Source: Lingula anatina
Taxonomy: Eukaryota; Animalia; Brachiopoda
Direction of reading: 5' to 3'
DNA: 64,000 bases
NCBI GenBank assembly: GCA_051362555.1
Contig: CM120641.1
Location: 2,294,001-2,358,000 of the forward strand
Below the pieces are notes generated by a model that saw only the letters and a program-made list of their open reading frames with translations, did no database searches and was not told where the DNA came from. Below are positions 26,601-38,527 of the stretch, in pieces. Positions within the stretch are counted from its first letter, which is position 1. Every line of letters begins with the position of its first letter. Made by a program: the position numbers and the translations under genes.

Positions 26601-28253
26601 AAAACCGCGGAGTGTTATTTATCAGAAAAGATAAATATCATTGGTGAAATTGCTTTAGATGGCCTTCTGTCCGGTAATCTTACCTTCGATGAAACTAATT
26701 CTAATATTAGGGATTTAGGGGAACAGATTTTCCACACAGGTATCATATCTCGATTAAAACTTAATAGCATTAGGAGAAACGTCAACATATCAAGCTATTC
26801 ATTTAACCACAAAACTATACAGGAGTATTTCGCTGCAAAGTGCGTAGTTGAAAGCTGGGAGGAAGACTCTCAGTCAGAGCCGATTAAAAAATTTCTAACT
26901 CATGTTAACTGCTTGGCACGGTTCAAAGATATGGTAAATGTCATACAATTTGTATGTGGCCTGTCATCAGAAGTAGCAACAGTGATCTTTTCTCATTTTC
27001 ATAGCCTGGCTGTTAAAGATGCAGATTTTAAATCTGCATATTTTGCATCCCTTAACCCTACTTTTATTCGTCTAATAACTGAAATGTTGATAAACAATCG
27101 AGCTGTAACCCGTGAACATATGCAATGGCTGAACCATCTCAACAGTAATGAGATCCTTGATATACATGTATATCCCCCGACAGCAGATTGTATATTACAA
27201 TACGCTCATCAGGTTACAGAGTTCGGCTTATTAGTCGAAGTACCAGTAGATGCCATTGTTCACAAATTACAGTACCACACCATCTTTCCATCTTTGAAGG
27301 TGCTGGGGATCCTGGCCGACTATAATGAAGCGAGCTGTCGTGATTACCGATGTGCCGATCCAAGCACAACGTTCTTGTACGGTAGTCCCATGGACTCTTT
27401 GGTGGATTTAAGACTGTGTATAAACGCCTTGGAGCTGTTTCTGTCTGTAAAACCCCCGTTCCCATCTCTGGAGAGCTTGCTGATCATGAATTGCCATTCC
27501 GTCTGGTATCTGGTTGATTTTTTCCAACTGTTATCTACAAAGAGCATGGTTAACCTTCTAACTCTAGATCTGACATTTACAAGTATGACTGCGTGCTTAA
27601 CATGCCCGGTAAAAGGTGTGTGGCCCAAGACTGAAAGAAAGAAATATGTAAGAAATAAAAGCGACTCATTCATAGTTACAGTACCTCCCTGCCAAGGTAA
27701 CAATAAAGTAAAACCGGGAGAACACAGTATTAGAATTGACACCCTTTGTGACCTGGCCTCACAGCTGAAGCTTTTGCCTAACTTAAAAAGACTTGTACTT
27801 GCTGAAAATGGAATAACACCTGTAGGACTGAAATCACTGACAGACAATTTGCATCATGTACCTAGGTTGCATGATCTCAGCATTTCCTCTAATTTTGTAC
27901 ATATGGGGTTTGTTTCCAACATTGACATTCCAACTGTTATAAGAGACCTTTTTCATAAACTTCAGTCAATGAACATGACACACCTATCAATGAGGCGCTG
28001 TCACATTGGATTACTTGGTGACATGGCGCCTGCAATGAAAGCTCTGTCAGATAATCTTAAACAATGGAAGGAACTGCAGTATTTAGACATACCAACAAAT
28101 TTTATAGGGGACGCAATCGCTCATCTACTCGATTCGCTAAATAGCACAAATCTCCCTTGTCTTAAAGAATTGTGTGTTGCTGAAAATAAATTGAGTGAGA
28201 CAGTGCGAGAGAAAATTGCTCTAAAACTGAGAGCAATGCCAGGTGTGAAGTAG
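23699..28253 (+). CDS. NLR-like protein: DZIP3/hRUL138-type HEPN + coiled coil + NACHT + LRR (1204 aa from this ATG)
   Basis: Exon 23699-24683 (FDITLIFLLIR..RNSLAH..FEQKW), phase-1 intron 24684-25623 (GTAAGT..TTCCAG), exon 25624-28253. The second exon has Walker A GKAGSGKST, Walker B ILIILDGYDE, TSRP, FNHKTIQEYFAA and ribonuclease-inhibitor-like LRRs. An acceptor AG at 23691-23692 implies an upstream exon. Confidence 0.9.
25279..25466 (+). mobile_element. Short MITE in the NLR intron
   Basis: Termini caggggcggatcc ... gaatccgccact, flanked by repeated cactat. A related copy lies in the opposite orientation at about 38136-38430. Confidence 0.6.
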
Positions 28254-28544
28254 GACATCTGTAGGCTTATTCATTGGATGTAAAGTACGTCTTTCGTCCT
28301 GTTCGTTAATAATTGCTCCCGATGAATGACGTGTTTTTTAATATTGAAATTTTTGCTGTAGGTTGATTGGCCGCCTTGTTCCCCGTATATTGCAGTGATA
28401 ATAGAACAAGGTTTTATGAAGGAATTTTGAAAGAATGCTCTAATTAGATCTACATTCCATATATATTGTTAATTTATCCCAATGATGTTCTGTAGTATTA
28501 AACTTACTGCTGTAGATTGATTGGACGCCTCGTTCATATTATAA

Positions 28545-29320
28545 CTGCCGACTTACACCGGCGAAACCCCTCCTCTGTCATAGACATACATATACAACAT
28601 ATATAATAAGCCGCTTTAGGGGTTAGTCCATGTATCCATACGTATTAACATACGTATTAGAAGTCCATGTGTTAATCTATTATCGTATGGAATCCTGGGT
28701 AAACTTTTCAAAAACCACAACATCCTCGTGTAAAACGACAGGAATTAAATAAAATGAGACTCTGACATTAAATAACATCATTTTGTCCTTGGGTGCTCAT
28801 TCGGTGTGCTGTTATTGGTGGACAACTCTGGTTGTTGGTGGTTTAGTAAATTAAATCAAACAAAATTAACAGCTTATACCTATTCTGTATAAAGTATAAG
28901 GATATTTCACACAAAAGGTATCCGTTGGTCAGATTTCTGATAATCTCCCGCTCAGAGAGTGTGAATTTGGCTTAGCGTGGTGTTATCATAAATACATGTA
29001 TATGTCTACAGCAAATAATTTTGTTCAGTAAGGCAACATTTTTTCATAATGAGATGCAATTTTAGTAAATATATATCAGTCATATTGTAAATATCTACAT
29101 TTATATAATTTCATCTTCTTATTGTAAGAATTCATTGACATTATATAAAACAATTTTATTTGAAAGTGTATATATTGTAAGAATTTATATCTGCACGAAC
29201 TTCAAACTGAACATTATTATGAGACGTATACTGTGTAATATTCCATGATGAAAAACAACAGGATGAGTAATAAAACTTTCATTATCAGTCTTGCACCGCC
29301 TCTGAGTTACTCTTCTACAG
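28545..29320 (+). repeat. NLR 3' flank block, duplicated at about 32470-33330
   Basis: Long direct matches such as tatggaatcctgggtaa..gacaggaattaaa and aaaaggtatccgttggtcagatttctgataatc follow each NLR copy. Confidence 0.8.
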
Positions 29321-29326
29321 TATCCC

Positions 29327-31725
29327 GGTTTAAGTTTCAGAGTTCAAATAGAAGTTCGACGGAAGAATGTCTCTATAACAGAACCAAACGCCCCCAAACA
29401 GAAGGGAATCATTTACATTATCTTGAAAATATATCTCTTCTGTTTCTTATCAGGTTAAGGTTTCTTGACAAAGACCAAACTCTGCTTGACTCAATCAAAG
29501 ATCAGCTGATTGACCCATCTCTTGAAATAACAGATGAAGCTCTGTTAAATTACATGCATTCCAATGCTGAAAGAATCCTCATCATATTAGATGGTTATGA
29601 TGAATATAACATAGATAGTGCCAACCCCCAGAATAACATATCCAAACTGATAAAAGGGGAAACACTTGCTAATGTAACGGTAGTTGTCACCTCACGTCCA
29701 TGGAAAGCACACGAGTTGTCCAAACATAGGCCCAGTGACACGCATGTTGAAATAAATGACATGTCCCCAGAAAAAATACTCCAATTTATACAAAACCATT
29801 TCAACGATAGAGATTCAGGTTACCACGAGTCCGTTGTGCAGTATGTAGAGAAATTCCATCTATCCCAATCACCCACCCCGTTACTTTTACTTTTTATATG
29901 TATTTTATGGGATGAAGAAACTGCAGAAAAAATGCCCAATTCCCTCACGGCTCTTTATCAAGAACTTGTAACTCTATTTTCGGACAGATATGTAGACCGT
30001 CAAGAAAATCAAGAAATTGCAGAAAGGTATCTATCAGAAAAGACAAATATTATCGGTATGATTGCTTTTCATGGTCTTCTCTCTGGCAATCTTACCTTTG
30101 ATGAAAGTAATTCAAATATTAGAGATTTAGGGGAGGAGATTTTCCACACAGGTATCATTTCCCGATTAAAACACAGGTTCACATATCAAGCTACTCATTT
30201 ATACACAAAACTCTGCAAGAATATTTTGCTGCAAAGTACATAGTTGAAAGTTGGGAGGAAGACTCTCAGTCAGAGCCGATTAAGAAATTTTTAAGCCACG
30301 TAGACTGCTTGGCACGGTTCCAAGATATGACAAATGTCATACAGTTTGTATGCGGCCTGTCCTCAGAAGTAGCAGCAGTGATCTTTACGCATTTGCATAG
30401 TTTGGCTAACAAAGATGAAGAACTTTATTATTCATATTGGGGTTTCTCGTTCATTGAGAGTAACTACTGGTTTATTCGTCTGATAACTGAAATGTTGACA
30501 AACAATCGTGTTGTAGGCCGTGAACATTTGCAATGGCTGAACCATCTCTCTGATTATGAAATACCTGGCATTTATCCTCCAACTGCAGATTGTATATTGC
30601 AATATGCTCATCAGGTCACAGATTTAAGATATAGTAGTAGACGCCATCGTTCACACACTACTGTACCACACAATCTTCCCCTGTTTGAAGAGGCTGCTGA
30701 TCCTTGCCCGGGATAAAGAAGAAAGTTGTGATTCCCTATCTGCCCATCCAAACTCAACATTCTTGTCAGGTAGTCCCATGGACTGTTTGGTGGATTTAGG
30801 ACTGGATGGAGACGTTTTGGGCTTGTTTTTCACACTTAAACATCCATTCCCATCTCTGAAGGTGTTGGGCATCTGCAGTTGTTCTCCCCTTGGGAAACTG
30901 GTTGATTTGTTTCAACTGTTATCTACAAAGAGCATGGTCAACCTCCTTCTTCTAGATCTGTCAAACACGGTTATGACTGAATGCGAAACATGCCAGCGGT
31001 TAGGCGATGAAGTCAAGTCTGAAAGAGCAAGAGGGTATAAGAGGGACCCATTGATAGTTACATTACCCCCATACCACATCAATGCTTTTTTTGCTATACT
31101 GAAACGATTCGAATTCGATATTCCCGAACTATCGGGTGAACACACTATATTAATTGACACCCTTTGTGACCTGGCCTCACAGTTGAAACATTTGCCTAAC
31201 TTAGAAAAACTTGGACTTTTTGAAACTAAAATTACGCCTGTAGGACTGAAGTCACTGACAGACAACTTGCATCATGTACCTAGGCTACAAGTACTCAACC
31301 TTTCTTATAATTTTGCACACATGGGGCTTATTTCCAACATTGACATTCCAGCTGTTATAAGAGACCTTTTTCGTAAACTCCAACCAATGAACATGACATG
31401 TTTAGATATAAGTGGCTGTAACATTGGATTACTTGGTGACATGGGACCTGCAATGGAAGCTCTGTCAGATAATCTTAAACAATGGAAGGAACTGTGTTCT
31501 TTAAACATTTCAAATAATTCCATAGGGGACGCTATCGCTCATGTAATTGATTCGCTAAATAGAACAAATCTTCCTCGTCTTGAAAACGAGCTCATTTCTA
31601 GTAATAACATGTTGAGTGAGGCAGTGCTTAATAACTATGCTGGAAAACTAAATGCAATGCCAGGTTTGACAAACTTCTTTTTCTTCAATCCCTATGGAAG
31701 TTTTCCTGAAGTGTTTTGGAAATAG
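29327..31725 (+). pseudogene. Truncated NACHT-LRR paralog lacking HEPN and Walker A, with two frameshifts
   Basis: Homology to the first NLR begins abruptly at ggtttaagtttcag (equivalent to 25915). It is split across ORFs 29245-30243, 30309-30716 and 30685-31725 by frameshifting deletions near 30172 and 30630. Confidence 0.85.
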
Positions 31726-34297
31726 GCCACACTTTTTTATTTTTAAGGATGACATCCTCTGGGGACCCCAAAATCGGCGCGAGCGGGCGAAAAAAAAGCA
31801 GTCCAAAAAAAAAAAAAAAAACTGCTTAAGAAACACTAATTTACCACAGAAACACGTATCAAACTATCAACATGTCTTTATCCATGCCCTCAAAATATTA
31901 AAGCATTGTGAATAGGGCCTACTTCGTAGAAAGGTAAAAAGTCACGAATATATATGCTGCATATTACCAAATCTATTTACGGTTATTTCATGTATTCTGT
32001 TGGTATAGCAATCAATAAAACAAATATCAAATAAACAGCGTGTCTTTATTTGTACTCTCAGAAAATTAAAGCATTGTAAACACTTCACAGAATTGTTAAA
32101 AATGAACCAAAGATAGGCCTATATGCTTCCTACTACCTAATCTAAAAAAGGAAATTTCGGTCGATGCCATTTTGTTTACTTCGACTCACACGTAGCAGCC
32201 AACTATCGGGTGGCCTGTCCGACGTTTAGTCCACCAAATACCACGACGCTCTTGTCGACCCTTTTTTTGCTACAAAAAAAACTGGTATGGAGCTTATGTG
32301 CTTCTTTGGACAGAATGTCACTGAAATTTTCCGGGCGATGATCGCTGGCCGCGGCCAGCCTTTCGTATAATTGTAAAAGGTTGATATCTCCATGTCCAAT
32401 ATCAATGGCAAACCAAAAATTACTGCCGTAGACTAATTTGCCGCTTCGTTCGCCTTACAACTATCGGCTTGCACAGGCGAACCCCCCTTATCTGTTATAG
32501 ACAAAGACGTCGTATACTTAAGCTGCTTTATGGGTTACTTCATGTGTCTTTATTCAAATAAACAGTCCATGTGATAATCTATGTTGGTATGGAATCCTGG
32601 GTAATCTTTTCAAATCCAAAACGTCCTCGTGTAAGACGACAGGAATTAAATGAAATGAGACTCTGATCTTTTGTAACGTCAGTTTGTCCTTGGGTGCTCA
32701 TTCGGTGCGCTGTTATTGGTGGTAAACACTGGTCGTTGATGGTTTAGTTTATTAAATTAGAATTAACAGCTTATACAAGAATATTTTACACAAAAGGTGT
32801 CCGTTGGTCAGATTTCTGATAATCTACCGCTTAGAGCGTGTCAATTTGAAATTAACAACTTATACCCATTCTGTATAAATCCAAGGATATTTCACACAAA
32901 AGGTATCCGTTGGTCAGATTTCTGATAATCTCCCGCTCAGAGTGTGTGAATTTGGCTTAACGTGGTGTTATCATAAATACATGTATATGTATATGTTATG
33001 TATATGTCTACAGCAAATAATTCCGTTCACTAAGGCAACATTTTTCATGAGATGCAAGATTGTTAAATATATATCAGTCTGTTGTAAATATCTACATTAA
33101 TATAGTTTCATCTTCTTATTGTAAGAATTCATAGACATTATATAGAACAATTTTATTTGTAAGTGTATATATATATATTGTAATAATTTATATCTGTGCA
33201 CACGAACTTCATATTTAACATAATTATGAGACGTATAAGTTGTGTAATATTCCATAATAAAATAACAACGGAATGAGTAATAAAATTAACATTGTCAGTC
33301 ATATGCCGTCTTAGAGTTACTCTCATGTACGTCTTATTGGACACTGAAAGATCCCCGTTGGTTTTCTTGGGAGAGGACTTGGAAGGGGACGGGGGCCAAA
33401 CTCGTCAGACACTTTGATTCTTGTCTCATCTGCACGAGATTATGTCAGCGTAAGGTAGGAAAGGCAGCTCCAGGCGGCTAAACCTGTGACGTACGAGACT
33501 TATGCCTTCCAAATATGGATCCAGGCGGGCACAGCTGTGACGTGTGACTTCCAAATATGGAAGCGCCCCAGGCAAAATTTTGAAGAACTCCCTCATATTG
33601 TTGCTGTTCGTCAGAGCTAGTGAAAGTGACTCCAAGGTATATTAAATATTAAACAAACTAACTTTCACGTTGATCTGACACTCAGGGTATGTGCAAGCTG
33701 CGATTGAGAGAAGAAATTTCAAAGAAATCACAACTCAAACAATTAGTTATTTCTTCTGATGCCATTTTCCGTGTTTCGGGGCTTCATTTTATAAGTTGCC
33801 AAATTCAATTTTTAACAAATTTAAATCAGCATTTCTTTATGGGAGTTAAAACGATTATTCTAATATATAGAGTACATACGTAGCTCAGTAGGTTTGTCAA
33901 TGATACTATCGAATTGCAGATATTAACTGGTGAAGAGGGGGTGCATACAAAAAGTATTTGGAGACGGTGGAAATACAGCTTTTCTTTTAATGTAGTTGCA
34001 AATCAACAGTATACATTTTTATTTAAGTCGGTGCATTTTTTCACACTACCTACTTGTACACATATGGTCCCTTCCACGATAGTGAACCAAAGAATATTTT
34101 CTGTCCTTAAACAATTAATTTAGTGCAGGCATAGCAACAATAACACCAAACAACTCACTTCATTGTTCTCTTTATTTCTCTGTCCAATTTTATTTTTTCT
34201 ATAGTCCTTACAGTAACAAGAAACTTCCTTAAAGTCTTTCTAAATCTTGACAGTTAATAATCTTCACAGCGTTCCCCGTACTGTCCACTAGACCATG

Positions 34298-35024
34298 TTA
34301 ACCCCAGTTCTCAGTGGTGTTAGCCCCTCCCCACTGGTTATCAGGGGCTGGGGCAGTACCTGCTGCTGACTGAGTGGGTGCAGACCAATCATCATTAGTG
34401 GCAGACCAGTCCTCTGTTGTTCCACCATAACCACCTGACATAGCTGCTGGGGCTGCAGGAACACCTTCAGTGGACCACTAAGGTAACAGATCAAATGTGG
34501 AGAATATAAATGTCAAAATATTTATTATTGAGCATTTACTGGTGACATTTGATAAATACTGAAAATCTCTATTGAATGAGTGTGTTGCTGCTAGATACTA
34601 CTTCAGATACTACTTAACTTACCTAAGTGAAACAATTACTACAAATAAAATAGCTATCACTAAGCTATCATCTCACTTTAAAAAAATTGACTCTTGTACA
34701 CATCACACCAAAATTGATATTTTATGAATGTATGGACTATCATCTCAATTTTAATGCCATTCTCCAAACACATCTTAGACAAATCCAATCCCGCCATCAA
34801 TTAATGTTCACAGAATGTCTTTCTAAAAAATGTACCTACCAACTTTTAACTGTAATAAATATAACCAGCTGGGGTAGACTTACATCAGCCACCTTGGCGG
34901 GGGCTCCCCCAGGGGTGGGGGCATCAGTCCACTGTTCCTGGCTGTACTCTGGCCCAGTAGAGGGCAGGGCAGCAGCAGCAGCTGTGGCGGCAGCTTCACG
35001 GGCAGCCTGCTCTTCTTTCTCAGA
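34298..35024 (-). pseudogene. RPSA: Last two coding exons of 40S ribosomal protein SA (uS2), with intron; orphan fragment within this window
   Basis: Exon 35024-34884 encodes SEKEEQAAREAAAT..EQWTDAPTPGGAPAKVAD. A GTAAG..TTAG phase-0 intron follows. Exon 34477-34298 encodes WSTEGVP..TEDWSATNDDWSA..QWGGANTTENWG*. The EKEEQAA, VADWS and TEDWSA motifs match the RPSA acidic tail. Minus-strand AATAAA at 34171-34176. Not in the ORF track. Confidence 0.85.
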
Positions 35025-35639
35025 CTGGATGAAAACGAGATGGTATGTTACAGGAAATTAATGCTTAGAAAGGAAGACCCCTCCCCACTTCTGGATTTTC
35101 CTTTCCACCGGCATTTCCCGTAATTCAGTATATGATCATTTCATAAAAGGTCCCGCATCTTTCTAATGTTGCTTTCACACAAAGGGGACAAATCTCAACC
35201 CTAAAATTTCATGAACCAATAATGTTAAAAATGAACTATTATTGCGATCCACCATTCCTACATCACTGTAGTCATGTTACAGAATATACAATATTGAACA
35301 AGACAGCAAAATTGGAAAATATACTGATCTAAGCAAAATCCGGAGCACGTCAGTGTTATAATTCTTGAAAGGTTTCGATGCAGGGCAATTGTTTCAATAT
35401 GATATACAGGCCTATGAAAACGTCTTTGTGAATGACGCAGGAAAAAAACTGTGAACATAATTATGAATATGGAATGCGGTCTTTTGCAGAGTCCATTTTC
35501 GTTCATAATCAATACTCGATAAGAGCAACATAAGACATTAATTCTGTATACATGTACATGTATGTTGATTAACTACACTTTCAGCGCGATGAATGGATCA
35601 TAGGCAGTCAACATCAGAGTATCGTGTTAATTCAATTAT

Positions 35640-37850
35640 AACAATTACCCATATTTTTCCAGCTTTAAGATTAAAAGGGGTTAATCAAAGTCCCTGTATC
35701 CATTATATTTAGATGAGGAATTTAAGAAAGAGGTATAAGAGAAAAATGGGCCAAACTTCCCTTTTATCTTTATACACATTTGCTCTTTGTAAGAATTCAT
35801 AGCAAAGAGCAAACTATTTACCCATTTCTATGTGATTTGCAAGGGGGAATAAAACACTTGTTATTCAATCCACTACTTTGTTCAGGGACTTTTGCGTTAC
35901 GGGACTTTTCTTGACTGTTATTGATTTTTCCGTTTCCACTGCTACGGCGTTAAATTGCGCAGTTTAACTGTTAGTTGACAAGTCGTTCGTGTTCAATTCA
36001 GACGATATTAGGGAGAGAAGAAAGATTCAAACTTATCTAAGCTGAGGTTGTGTGGCAACAAGGACGATTTCTGGTAAGTTCGTCAAAGATCTTTATCAAT
36101 TTATTTCACTATCAACTGAATTAGGAAGAGGCCTTTCAACTAGACTATTTTTGTGTTGCTGGGATATTTTTGCTTGGAAAGTCCCAATTTCCACACATCA
36201 TAAATTTTTTCTTGACTTAAAAAATAGGCTACAATTATTATTATTATGTTGTTCTTTCAACCCTTTCGTAATCTATAGATGAACTACACTTTTTTAATCC
36301 ATGCCGTCATGCATCGACTTTCGGGAACATGTCTGCAACCGCATGGAACATGAAACCCTATAGGCCTAGGCGTTAAGACCGATGTTTTATGTTTTCTGAT
36401 GTACAGTATAAGTGCAAACACGAAAACATAAAATGGGGAAAAAATAACTATAAATTTTTACAAACCGGCAAATACAATTCATCTAGGACACTATGTGAGG
36501 ATAGCGCTTGCGGAGACATTATATATTTAATGTATTCTATAAATGTCATTATCATAACAAATGTATATTCCTATTTTAACAGCTATAAGGTTAAAAGGGG
36601 CTATTGATACTCCCTGCTAACCATGCTATTCGAGTAACAAAAGTGGGAAAGATGTAGGTGAGAAATACGGTGAAACACATTTTTGTTGGCTGGATCTTTA
36701 CACGTTTATTGTCTTCATGTTTTCATTGCGTGTCCTGCTAAAAAACAAAGCATACAAACTTCAGTGTGCTTTGCAAGGGTGAAATAAAACACATCCTATT
36801 CAATCTAGCACACGAACGAAACGTAGTGCCTCGATATGAAATCAGACAACTTTTGTGTTTTTAATCTCCAAATACGAAAAAAAAATCAATTAAGCTAATA
36901 AATAGGCTAACGTTAAGAACGTATTATATCGTTTGTTTTATATTAATTATTATTTAAGATCATAATAATAAACAAGTCGCATTTCGATGTACTCCATGCT
37001 ATGACCTTTATGTAAAAATAGCAATTTTTACGAGATTACAAATTGTATCGCATTGTTTGGTTCCATTGCCTCGCTTTCAAAAATTAGAACAGGCGCTCCA
37101 AAATCGTAAAACGAAGTTAAAAATTTTATATTGGCCGAGTTCCCCCACTGTTAAGAATATCCTCGAAGCATTATCTGCAGTTAACCTTCCTACGATTTTC
37201 AATGTATTTTGCAATATAATTTACAATCCTCCAGATGAAGAATTTTATTAATCAAGAGTGGGGGAGGTGTGAAAATCCCCATTGGGGCCACATATAACAC
37301 TATAAATACAATGGGAATCCCCTTAAAATGAAGGTAAAATAAATGTTTTTCTAAGGAATTCAGACGGATTTACTTTTTACAACATAAAATCAATAGAACA
37401 TTTCTTATATAAACTTTCAAAAAGACACCAGAGAGGTAATGAAATAAAATCAACCAGACGGTAAACACCGGCAGGCTTTGTCAATTTCACCAACTTGTTC
37501 ATTTCATAGAAGTAGAGAAAATTCTATGTTCATTTCAAACAGCGCACGTTTCGCGCATGCGCAGTCGTTTGAATCCTGTGCTATTCAATCCACTGCTTTG
37601 TCCTGAGCCTTCTGGGTAACGGGACTTTTTTTTACTGTTATTGATCTAGCGGTTTTTCCACTGCTGTGACTATAATTGCGCAGTTATTTAGCAAGCCTTT
37701 TGAGTACGGGTTAAACGATATTACCCGAGAAGGCGGAAGGTTCCAATTTATCTGAGCAGGGGTTTTGTGACAATTGTTAACGGGGTGAATTTCGGGTAAG
37801 TTCGCCAAGGACCTTTATACAATTACAATATTTTTACCATCAACTGAGTA
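35640..37850 (+). repeat. Two diverged tandem copies of a unit of about 490 bp, each containing a GTAAGT donor near its end; possible duplicated promoter or non-coding first exon
   Basis: About 35640-36130 matches about 36560-37850 once the insertion at 36806-37583 is removed. Donors at 36074 and 37796. GGGACTTTT motifs at 35885, 35901 and 37621. Confidence 0.55.
36806..37583. mobile_element. Non-autonomous DNA transposon (MITE) with TAGCACA...TGTGCTA ends
   Basis: Imperfect TIRs flanked by direct repeat TTCAATC (36799-36805 and 37584-37590). The empty site is visible in the paralogous unit at about 35862-35875. Confidence 0.75.
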
Positions 37851-38135
37851 AGGGAAAAACAATGGTGGCACGCATGATGTCAAGGTCATTTGTTTTTCTC
37901 GGCTTTTGATGAAATGAAAGGAAACGTTAGCCATCTGCTTATTATGTAATTCGGAGTTAGCTCCTTCTTATTCCTCACGTTCCTCTCTAGCAACCAGCTG
38001 CGTCTGTTTAAGTACAGTGTGGCTTCAAACTGTATAATATGGCCCTACATCTCTTTCTAGATGTAATAGTACCACTACTCTTCGAAATTAAACCCGGGAG
38101 AGGAGCTTTTGTTGGTAAAATCTGCTTCGCATAAT

Positions 38136-38430
38136 CAATGGCGAATTTAGGGGGTGTCGAGGGGATCCTGATCTTCCTTCGATTTCTGAAAAAAATCCAA
38201 TAGTGCCCTCTTGAAATTGGAATTTTGACTAGTTGAATCATAGTTCTAAACCGTACCAAATGGTTCCGTTTGCCCTCTGAGATACCAAATTTTTTCGAGG
38301 AAATTCAGCGGGCCTGAACCCCAGACCAAGGGGGGTGGGGTGCAGAGGGCGAGGGTCAGCTTCTCATTCGCAGCCTGGCATTCCGAAGAACTGCACCCCC
38401 GTCAAATAATCCTGGACCCCCTCCCCGATC
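38136..38430 (-). mobile_element. MITE related to 25279-25466
   Basis: About 38222-38292 is the reverse complement of about 25322-25392, and the ends are GC-rich. Confidence 0.5.
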
Positions 38431-38527
38431 AGCATCGGTGTGCACATAATACTGCTTATAAAAGACTGTACTCCCCAAAATATCAGGGCTGCTGCAAATT
38501 TGCAGCAATGCAACAATAGTCAAAAGG

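Noticed and set aside
34478-34883. snoRNA in the RPSA intron, since ribosomal protein introns often host them
   Set aside because: I could not see a convincing C/D box pair with a terminal stem or an H/ACA layout. An Infernal/Rfam scan would be needed.
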